From positions 20,584,001 to 20,648,000 of the forward strand of contig CM022673.1 of NCBI GenBank assembly GCA_012295275.1: 64,000 nt of DNA. The letters run 5' to 3'. The DNA is from Chrysomallon squamiferum. Taxonomy: Eukaryota; Animalia; Mollusca. Both the position numbers and the translations under genes were made by a program. Below the pieces are notes generated by a model. That model was not told the origin of the DNA. It saw nothing but the letters and a program-made list of their open reading frames with translations, and ran no database searches. Positions 53,003 to 64,000 of this stretch are shown here, piece after piece. Each line of letters opens with the position of its first letter. Positions within the stretch are counted from its first letter, which is position 1.

Positions 53003-56000
53003 GTGAGCAAAATAATGACATTCAACAAAATAAATAAGAGATTTTGTTTTTTTCTTTTTTGAAAGTGTTTTTTTCTATCAAGTCATAAGTATCAAATATT
53101 AATTCAGCATCTACAAACACACATCTCTGTGTTTATTAACAGCATCCTTTAACCAGTGCTACAGTTGTGTAACAGTATTTGATACAGACAACAAAACTAA
53201 TTGAATTATTCTATCTCTGACTACTGATGGCTGGATATAAACAGTACTCAGTAGTCCATCCCATCTGGCTACAAGACCAAACACAGATAACATAGATATC
53301 ATGTTACTCTAACTCACAGAAAACAACCAACTCCCCCTCAGGTGTTCAGATAACACCACCCTACTTCTCCCCTACTCCCAATCCTTCCTGCCACTTTCTA
53401 TAAACATTTCTCAACAACTTTCAACAGATTATTTCATTTACAGGCTGCAAAAATTTGGTGGTAAAATTATTCTATCTGCCATCTTGTTTTTGCTTTTTGC
53501 AGGTTGCCATGGTGGCAAAAACGGGCACTGGTACAAGTGTTGGGAAAGGCTTACTAAATAAGGCATTGGCATCGCTAAGATGGAGCCAGAGTGGAAGCCG
53601 ATGCGGCTGTCTACCACTATGAGAGGAATGCACCATCAACAGCAGATATTAGGTTTCTTCTGTGTAGGTGCTCTCAGAAAAAGCCAGTAACATTTCATCA
53701 GCTTATTGTATTTATAACAGAGCACTGAGGCTGCTGAAGTGAAGAAATGTTAGAAAACTGCCAGTATTTAGTTCTTTTTTCAATTTTTTCTGTACATATA
53801 TTATCCTTAATTTTATTAAATGGATACATATTCTCACATTGCAGCCATAAATTATTTTAAGTTATAACAATATTAAAATCTACAGATATTTTTTTTATAT
53901 ATATATTTCAAAAGGTAAATTCAGGTAATCATTGATACACAGCTGTGAAAAATAAATAATAATGTATCTTCCATTTTATTTATTAAAATTGATTAAAAGA
54001 AAAAACTACAGCTTACAGCTCCCATAACAACTTAAAAATACATGACATGATAAACAATTTTTTTTTTTAAAGTGATCTTATGTTCAGAACATGCTTATGG
54101 GAAGTTTTCCAGAGTTCAATTTATATCTTAATAATCTACAGACATATCAAAATTAAAAACCAGGAGCTCATAAAATACTAAACTTTTCTGGACTTTCTCC
54201 AACCCAGTTAATTTACTGTAACATTAAATCAAACACTTCCTTTCAAGATGTGTAAATTAAATTTTTGTTATCAATGTGCGTGTGTGAAGGATGGGTTGAA
54301 AAAACAAAAAAGGAGCAAAGCACTGGTAAGAATCTGAGAAGAATGGTAAGTAAAGTATGGATACTGAATGAAATGAAGAACGAAGATTAAGTTTAAAGTG
54401 AAAACCAGTGCCAAATTTTGCTGATATGAATAAAGTCATTTTATAATTTTTAATGATAGTTTTATTTAGTTCGAAATTTAGCAAAAAATTCTGAAGCTTG
54501 CAAGGATATAAAAATTATTTTATAGTGGCTTATTTTAGATAGGGAAAAGTTAAAAAGAAACCCACCTGAAAACACTAATTGTTAATTTTAAAAGGGGAAG
54601 GGTGAATTAGTTCAGTGACAAAAATTCCTAACAGACTGAGTGAGTCCTTTGCACAGTTCGAGCATCCTCTGTAATAATTATTAGATTGTTTTCTATTTCT
54701 AGAAAGAAATTATGTTTTCAACATAAAATCACCAACTAACAACTGCCAAAGAAGAGTATTATAATTTAAATTTTTTAAATTTTTATTTATTTTTATTTTG
54801 TAATGTGGTACCAATACATGAATTTTTAACTGACAATATATATAAATGTTAAAATATTTTTATACCAAACTGTATTTAATTACCATTCAAAATATTTTGT
54901 TTATTGTATACTTTGAAATAAATTATAATTCCTGACTTTTTTGTGAATGTTTTTGCCAAAGTAACTGTTGGCTTAGCTTTTTAAAAAAATATATATTTAT
55001 AGATATTATTATAAATCCAGAATTTATGTCAGTAGCCAGCATGTCTAGTCCTGGCAGGCATGCTGAAGGTAAAAAGGTGAAAGTTACTGCGAGCTTAGCG
55101 GAAGAAGTCCTTGGAACTTTTTTTTACTGTTTACTGCATGTTAATGATGTTGTAAATTTATTTGTTAATTAAGAATGTGGTTTTACAGTTATATAGATAT
55201 TTTGAAAGTGTTTCATGCATGAAGCTACTTTTGCCATTCATAAATGACTTAATTTACTAAAAGCACTTTTGAAAACTTACAGTTAGATGATAAATTTGAC
55301 ATAGCAGGTTTGGAATATATTTGGATCCAGGGATATTCACATCCCAACTGCATTCTATTTTTTTAAAGATTATTCATCTTGAGAGAGCTGTCCATCAGCT
55401 TTTGTGAAATCACAGGTCTGATCTAACTGGCCTTTCTTTTTTATGTTTATATTAATCACTACATTTATTATTTATATTAATATAGCACAGTTACTAATAA
55501 CATTGAAAATAACATTACTGTGAAAATTATAACGGGAGTTAATAACAATACTATAATACTGAACATTATGGGCTTTTTGTTGCAGTATTTTTTTTTTAAA
55601 ATGTTACCTTCAACAGACACACACAAATATCTTTGCAGTTAGACAGCACACACCATAAATTCTGGAGCAAACAGAAATAAACCCACATGTATCAAAGATG
55701 CTAATAGTCTACAGAAATTCTGGCACAAAGACAAAATACAGAGACAATTTCTAATGAAACAGAACATCTTAGATTTTCATTTACCCAAAAAATTTGTAAG
55801 CACTGTCAAAACTATATGAATAACTTCATGGTACAAAAAGTAACATATTCATGCTGGCAGATGATTTATTTTTAGAACTTATTGCACTATTTGTTCAGTA
55901 TTAATTTATAATAGCATTTATGTTGTGATTTGTTAACTTATTTCAGTATGATGTATGACTACTGCCATAGCTGTGTACACACACACACACAATTTTACAT

Positions 56001-56546
56001 AAATAGATACACAGAGGCACATACAACATATAATACACATACAATATCACTAATATATATTTGGGAGTTCATTAAATAAGGATGGTCCATTTCATTAATT
56101 AATTTAAATTAATAGCATCAGTTTCTTAAAATATATTGTTTTATGTTCAGCTTATATTAAACACAAAATATCACAAGTATATTATATCTCTGACAGTATC
56201 ATTTAGTTACATAATCATTTTAACAGCATATTATTATTATTATTTGTTTTTTGAGTTTATTTTTTTGATATTGTATTGTCATAATTAAATAACACATAAT
56301 CATTTTTTTTTATCTATTTATCTTATTTTTATTTAAATCATTTATAATTTGTTAAAAATCACAAAAATTAAAACACTTTTTTTCAGGATAAAACTTAAAT
56401 CAAAATAATAAAGATTACCAAAGAGTAATTATATAATGAAATAATTTTTGAAAATTAAAAATGAATAAAAGAAAGTTTAGAATAGACAGAGATAACAAAA
56501 GAAACTTGGTCAATTCTTATAAACATATTTTGCAGAATCAACTTAC

Positions 56547-56775
56547 TTGAAGAGAAATACAGGCTGCTACACTCCAAACCACAGATCAAAAGAAAAGATG
56601 CTACCTCCTACACCACTAGTACCTGAATGAAAATCTCTACTGTTCCAATAAGAAATAATGGACTACCTTAACAGAACACCACAAAGAAAACCCACAGTAG
56701 ATCAGAACAGTGTGTGTTACTTCTGACTGCTGTTTAGAAACTAGTACCACATGTTAGGTAGCAGACAGCCACATG
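56547..56775 (-). other. TnI: Probable non-coding 5'UTR exon of TnI (5' end approximate)
   Basis: Strong donor CAA|gtaagt at 56546; GC-richer block; TATA-like element just upstream. The first coding exon has an acceptor, so an upstream exon is required. Confidence 0.5.
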
Positions 56776-56797
56776 CTCAAATTCCATGAAGGGCAAA

Positions 56798-56805
56798 CTT
56801 ATATA
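56798..56805 (-). promoter_or_regulatory. Candidate TATA box (TATATAAG)
   Basis: Sits directly upstream of the putative first exon; the AT-rich background limits its significance. Confidence 0.35.
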
Positions 56806-57575
56806 CAAGTTACACAAGCCCAAAGTGTCTTGTTAAATGACCAGGCATTGGAGCATTCAGTGTAACTATAACCACGTCCAATTTGGGCTTTAAATCCACA
56901 TTAATTAGATAATAATAGAAGATCAAATTAACCATGTGCTCATGGCAGAAGAGCAATGTCTCATGTTTCTTATGCTGGCAGTGAACATTTTTGTTACATC
57001 AGTCATGCTTTGCCAGCCATTATCTCTTGTCCTGATAAAATAATATTTTAATACAGATAATCTTGTGATCATGCAGGGATGTTTAATATCAGTACTGCTG
57101 TGGCAACCATATTTCACTGCTTATTTCAAACAAAAATAACACGTGAGTTATAATTCAAGTACAATCCACTTTTAAAAATAAATTGTTTTTTATTTTCTGT
57201 GTTATGTACTTATATAGACTATATGTATGAGGCAGCAGCAGATTTTCTTTCCCTTTTGAACTTTGTCTGCACCTCAATAATAATAAACTTTATAAAAACT
57301 TTAGAAAAGCAATCTTAATGCGTAGAAGAGTTGGAAATTCCTGCCTGAAAGTATTTATATATTAATATTGTATGAGGTGATATTTGTGCAGATATTTAAA
57401 GAGAAATAAGTGTAAAAGAGTTTGGAATTCTGAGAAAAAATAATGTGTATAAAAATAAACTTTTAAAAAATCAGGTGTTTTGGCAGCCAGCCATGATGAA
57501 TGTAGTCTTTAAATAAGACGGGTAACATTATTGGAAGACACTTTCACCTCCACTCTGAAGCAAAACCATCTGTGG

Positions 57576-57589
57576 GTTGCCATGGAAAC
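57576..57589. promoter_or_regulatory. RFX X-box-like near-palindrome GTTGCCATGGAAAC
   Basis: One mismatch to the canonical X-box GTTGCCATGGCAAC; about 0.8 kb upstream of the putative TSS. Confidence 0.4.
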
Positions 57590-58092
57590 ACCCATGTAAT
57601 ATATATCAGCATCTGTTCATCTTAGTGTATGGTCCCTGTCATATACCTAATTCTACATTTTGGAAATATAGCCATCTTGTTTCTGTTCACTTTTACAAAC
57701 TCACTGGACCAAATAACACATTCCACAACAATGATTCATTCACATAAGTGCTATATTTATAACTTTGAAATATAAATAAAGCAAAATAAGAAATGTTTAT
57801 TTTTAACTTAATTTAATTAAATTTAAGTGTAAAAGGTTGAGAAAAACTCTGTTCTAAGTTCAGCCAGTTTATGTATAATGTCTTCTTTTCATAATCATAT
57901 AACTTTATTAATTTATTAAGAAATATGTCAAGTTTTGATCTAATAATATACTATAATTAATGCTTGCTGAACTTATTTGTTTATTTTAATTTTATGTGTG
58001 TGTGTGTGTGTAAATTTATATTGATTTATTTACTTATTTTATTTGTTTATTTATAAATAATAAAATATGATACTCATCTTTAATAATAATAA

Positions 58093-58123
<31 letters not shown>

Positions 58124-58547
58124 TTAATAATATCAGATGCTCAAATGCATATATCCATCTCTATAATTAGCTGAGATATATCCTATTCCAACCGTACACA
58201 CAACTGATATTTGTGGTACCTTTTTTTAGTGCAGAGTGAATGTTGCCAAATTTTTTATAATATATTAGATCCTGTTACATAATTTTTCCTAACAGCACTG
58301 ATATGTATTTAATCAAAACAAGATGTTTATTGATATAACAGAGAATGAGAAAAAGAGAGACCAAAAGAATGACAGGAAGAGAATAAATTAATAACAGAGA
58401 TAAAGTGACAGAATACAGGGAAAAAAATAATAAAAGGAAAGAAAGTAAATGAGAAATGGTGTAGAGGACTGAGACAGATAGATAAGAACTAGTGAGAAAG
58501 GGAAGAGAGAGAGTGAGATATAGACAGAGAGAGAGAGTGAGATAGAG

Positions 58548-58655
<108 letters not shown>

Positions 58656-61600
58656 TAACCAAATAAATAGATAAATAAATAAATGTCAAGGCAATGTGTT
58701 TAGCTTTTAGAAACAATAGAATTCTGGATAAACATCAAAAAAAAGAAAAAAGAAAAAGGAGATAAAAATGCCTTCATATTGTACTTTAGAAATCAAGATC
58801 ACCTTCAACATTGAGATCTTGGTGTACCTTTCTTGGTTGCATCCCAAATAACTCTGAAATCTGTTACAGATGGAGATAGGCATTTCTGAAGATACTGGGT
58901 CCTTTTGATATACAAGTGTTTGATAAATAGAATTACAGCACTGGCACAATCTGATAAACCAACAAATTGTTTTCTTTACAGCATTTTAAACAATTCACTT
59001 ACTTGAATTATGGATTCTGTAATATGATTTCTAATCATTATTTCTAATCAAACCTTTTTTTTTTTTTTTGATTGTGGCAAGGTATCATCTAAGTGTGTGC
59101 ATTTGTGACTACACGTTTAACTTTTTATCAAATTTTTACAACACTCCAACCTGCAAAATGTAAATGTCACTAAGAGTAACAAACTGATACACCTTAACAA
59201 AATATCATATATTGGTTATAATAAACTTAATAATTATATGTTAATTAAAAGGTTTTAAGAAACAAATGGTATATATTAGGGTTAATATTATATTCAGAAA
59301 AATAAAAATAAAAACATAAAAATAATTTTAAATGTTTCAGGTTTTATAATTCAACAATTTTTCAAAGTTTTTGAATTAACATACTTGATAAAAAATGTTT
59401 CAGGTTTCGTAAACTTTCTTTGAATTTATAAATAAAATACTTGTAAAGTTTACTTTTACTTTAAGAATGTTTATTTTACATAAGAGCACAAGCTTTTGGT
59501 TTCCTTTCCTTTTTTAAAATATATTATGTTTTCTTCTTGTAAAAAATAATAGAAAAGCAAAGGATGAAATGTTCAAGATAAACCATATTCCAATTTATAA
59601 GAAAAGAAAAAATGAAGAAGGTTGAAAAAAACAAAGCTGGGGAAAAAAACAAGAAGAAAAGGAAGAAAAAATTATTAAAAATAAAAACTTTAAAAAAATC
59701 AACTGTAATAATGTTATAAAAACTTCAAGAAGAAACAAGCATATTTCTGAATTGTCACTTGACTGAAAACCTATCATTTATAATTAAAATAATTATTAGT
59801 GAAAAGTTGTCTGGCCTTCAAGGGGCATCACTCCAACCTGCTCCAGATGGTGTTACCACACTGACTGTAATCAGGATGATCTGCAGGCAACACACATGGT
59901 TATATGCTGAGTGCCAGCCAGAAATGTGCACATTACTTGAAAATACACTTTCTGCTATAAATAACATTTATTACTTCTGACATTTTGTATGCACATCTTT
60001 TTTGTAAAAAGAGAGTGAGGTGGAGTAGGAAGCATGAAATAGAGAATTTTTAAAAATATCACAGAAAATATTTTGACATTTTCATCACACACTTTTGTCC
60101 ACTTTCTTAAAACAGGAAAAAATGAGAAAGATAGGAGTAAATATTCTTTGAAAAAAGAAAGACAAATAAAACTGATTAACTGAAGGCTATGGTTTATGAT
60201 TTTCATTTTTTTCTGAAAGACACATATATAAAAATGTATACATAAGAGTTATGTCCATGATGGAAGGATGTTAAAAATTACCAAGGCCAGAACTATAATC
60301 AATAAGGCTGTTTTAAAAGCAGCAGCAAATTTCATTTCATATTTGTCCTGTCTAGTAAATTAATGTTAAAATTGACTATTAAACAAATATTCATTCATTC
60401 AAAAATGAAAAACAACAAAAAGAGATAAAATGGTTAATCCTGTTCCACTGAGCTGTTTTATTCACAAAAAACTTGCTAGAAATCAAATGTTCTGAGAAAA
60501 GAGCACAAAATTAGTAATTTAGCTAAAATATGACTAATATTATTGCAGTCAAACATTTGATATTGTAAAGATCATATCTGATAACAGATAAATAACTTTT
60601 TCACACAAGAACTTGTATAATTTGGCAGAAATCCATTTATTTAACCAGATATTTCTGCATTATATATAAAATATATAGTACTGACCTTTTATTTTTATTT
60701 AAATGTTGCACTATTTAAATGTATTTTGGTAATCACTTAAACTTATACTTCATCTTATTTATTTTTATGGATTATATTCTACTTTAAACAAGAGTTTCAT
60801 CTTTGACATAACATTTTTGCAACCAGTTATATTTTAAATTTCAGAGTTAAAAGATCTAGGCCCTATAAGACTATTTTTTTTCTTTCTGATGATAAATGAT
60901 TTTAATAACTTAGCCATGACCTCGAAATACATTTCTGTTTAAGGCTTTTTGGCATCTTGGTGTAACAGTTCTTTTTACGTTTCACAGATTATTTTTTTAA
61001 ATGTTTTTTTTTTAGGGGGGGCAATTTAATTAGGAATTCTATTTCTTTTTGAAGAGGTTATTATATTATTGCTGACATTTTCTTATCATTATTTATACAG
61101 TATTAGTAGTAACCATAATTATAAAAGTATTACTGATTGTAGTATAGTATTAGAATTTTTATTATCATAATTATTATTATCATCATCATTTCTTAACAGA
61201 TTAAACCAGCCAAGGAAAGGTCAATGAAAGTTAACTAGAAGTTCTGCATTATGCAGAAGTTGCCAGACTAAAACAAGATAAGCAATTATTCCAGGCATTT
61301 ACACTCTCCAGTAAAAATTATTCATGGTGCAATTGTTTCTCTAAAATTCTTCTTAACTAATGACGTATTACTGAAATCAAGACATTCAGTTTTTTTCTAA
61401 TTATATTTCAAAGAAAACAAACTGAAATTAAAAATAAAAAAAATCATTCTGAAGGCTGGCCCTTATCATTTTTGACTCCTAAATCATCACTTGATGGAAA
61501 ATTTCTAAACCAAAAAATTAATCTAAAGTATCTTTTTTTGATTGATAGGTGGCACTGTTGATACAGTATGCTGCAAATTCCATACAAAATCAGCTGAAGT

Positions 61601-62064
61601 CTATTTCTTTAGGACTTGTACTTCTTCAAGAAGTGTTAACTATAAATTCAAATTTCTAATTGGCTTTGTATCTTATCATTTGTAATGCAATTCATCTGGA
61701 AACGTCACATCACTGAAAAGCAACCATGATGCAGATGTAATAGCATTGATACAATAAAATGTTTCACTATGAGAGAAACTAGTGGAAACTTCCTTATTAG
61801 CTGTGATGGCTCCATTTCTGAGTTATCAGTTGCAGGTGAAATCCAGAGGGACAGAGCATTTTCCTAACACTAGAATACAAATGGAAACACATCTGGACCA
61901 GAATCAGTTCAGTTACCCACAGTCTGGACTGATGTTAATTCCTTTACCCACACATCTGGAAGGGTGTAGAATGTTATTTTGGTTTGGAAGGGAGGGTTGT
62001 ATTTATGTCTTCATAAATGTGAAGTGTTATGAGATGTGAAAGAATTTGTGCATTTCAATAGGGG

Positions 62065-62103
<39 letters not shown>

Positions 62104-62385
62104 ATGGATTTTTTTTAACTATTATTATATTTGTTTGTTTGTTTATAAATATATACATGAGTGAAAAAACAAAAATAAAAATCCTCTCTGGACTATATTA
62201 TTCATCACTGTGTTTATGATACAGTGTTTATGAAGTTATTATTTCAAGTTTGAACTGTAAAAAATAAACAAAAACCCCAGTATATTACCATTTGAAATTC
62301 TAATGTTCGTTACAATAAACACATTGATTAAATGTTATTTTATATATGTATAAGTTGGTTTGTAATAAATGTAGGAAATACTCAC

Positions 62386-62446
62386 AAATGAAGCAATGGA
62401 ATGCTGGGGAAAGTACACTGACTGAGTATACCAACACCAAGGTCCC
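62386..62446 (-). other. Candidate internal exon (61 nt) of an unidentified minus-strand transcript
   Basis: Strong acceptor (t)11cag, donor TT|gtgagt; a GC-richer island. Confidence 0.55.
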
Positions 62447-64000
62447 CTGAAAAAAAAAAAATTATTTTATAATACATCTAAAAAAAATAATTATTCTCAT
62501 TTGGTAGTAACTCTGTCTTGAGAAATATCATTATAATGTTAGTTTAAAAAATCTACTACTGTCGTTCAGTATAAACAATTCTTACTGAACATTTATTACC
62601 AGTTCCAACAGAGTTCCAATTTATGTTTTATGTTCAAACGTACCTTGAATATATCTTTCATACATAGAATATGAAGCCATGTTTTTTCTAAACTTTAATA
62701 ATCATTTCTAGTAGCACTGAATTTCTTTTAGTTTTTTCATTTTTTGTTTTGTTTGGGTTTTACTGCTGTTTCTTTCATCTCTTTCTCTTTTTTTTTTTTT
62801 ATTGTTTTATTATTATTGTTGTTGTTGTTGTTGTATATTTGTTATGTTGTACAATTAGGTGTGGAATTAAGCGGTTAGTCAGAACACTGGTTAGGAACTT
62901 AGACTGCATGCAACGTCATGCTGCTGCCTACACAAAGTTAATTAAATCCCCATTAAACCTTATTCTTTAAAATACTCTAATTAACTAACACTAATTTTAT
63001 TAACATCATTTACTGTGATCCCAAGGTTACTCTTTATTGGTTATAAGTATTTTTCATATGTAACAATGTTGAAAATATCTCTACATTTAGCAAACAAAAC
63101 AAAACAAAAACAAAAAAAAAAAGAAGAAGAAAATAAAAAGAAGAAATTTTAAACATCTAGAAATAGTTTGACATGATGATGATTAGCTGCCTCAAAATCT
63201 GCAGTCTTATGAGTATTTATAGAGATATTTTCTCTCTCAGAAATCTGGGATGCATTGTCCCTGAAGTATGAGGCACTGAGTATCCAGTGCTAATGAAATG
63301 ACTTGTATATACAGATGTCATATCTGTTTAACAAATTAACAAAGAATTAAAAAAAAAGTGTTTAAATAAATTATTTATAGACAAGAGATAGTTGATAAAA
63401 CTTTTTCAATTTTAACTTTTTCTTAATTTTCACTTCTTTTATTTTGTTTTTTTACCATCAATATTGTTGCTTTTGTTTGTGTGTTTTTTTGTTTGGTTTG
63501 TTTTCTAAAGAATATTTTAATTATAAAGCTATTGTAGTCACTGTGAACTTTGTTGATTACCATGTTATAATGTGTGTGTGTGTGTTTGTGTGTATAATCA
63601 CACACGCACACACTAAATTTTTCTTTACATCTATAAGTATGTAATTAATTCCAATAAATATGTTTGAAGAGAAACTACAGAAGAATTTTCATTATTTTTT
63701 GGTACATAGTAAATTAATTTCCAACAGTACCTTGTTTCTTCTATTTTTTTTTTTTTTTTTAAGGTATGGTGATAATAATAAAAAACATAATAATAACAAA
63801 TGACAAAGATTCAATGTATATATATATACCAAAGCAAATAAAACTCTTGTGAGGTTTTATGATTACTGGATTCTGATAAATAATTATTAAATTTAGAAAC
63901 TTACCATTTCCATCTGAACAAGTCACATAATTTCAGTTACATTTTCCATCTAAATTGAAACACTTTTCAAAAGACCGTGTTGTAGCTACCACAACATTTT

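Noticed and set aside
53482-53622. Plus-strand acceptor followed by a 39-codon frame
   Set aside because: No partner exons or homology; better explained as a regulatory block containing the X-box-like motif.
57951-58170. MEF2-like sites (CTATAATTAA, CTATAATTAG) upstream of TnI
   Set aside because: Plausible for a muscle gene but expected by chance at this AT content.
63905-64000. In-frame TGA read as selenocysteine (…DGKCN*NYVTC…)
   Set aside because: No recognisable selenoprotein motif or SECIS element, and the sequence is truncated by the window edge.

Overview
AT-rich, microsatellite-rich eukaryotic genomic DNA. The troponin I sequence points to a lophotrochozoan, most likely a mollusc. 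The window is dominated by one minus-strand troponin I (TnI) gene, which I assembled by hand from splice sites and reading phases. It runs from an ATG at 52533 to a TGA at 17959, with a probable non-coding first exon near 56.5-56.8 kb. The core reads KKKKGKRKGLGGLSPEKKKLLKKLIMQKAAEDLRNE...DWEVKIRKQDFEINELTLKVNDTKGKFIKPVLRKV...DFRSNLKS...KPEW, preceded by an Arg/Glu-rich N-terminal extension built from small exons (about 391 aa using my exon set). The main surprise is that the two ~1,050-1,090 aa ORFs at 31-38 kb look like giant cassette exons of TnI rather than separate genes. Each has a canonical AG acceptor and GT donor, each is phase 0-0 (3267 and 3192 nt), and both splice in frame into the N-terminal extension. 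This predicts a ~2,540 aa giant troponin I isoform, and both flanking introns carry dense UGCAUG (RBFOX-type) clusters. The gene also has a pair of mutually exclusive 44-nt exons and candidate internal starts for a short isoform. The first ~14.5 kb is non-coding and CpG-retaining, with a complete hAT-type MITE, tandem repeats and a local duplication. All splice models are predictions from sequence only.
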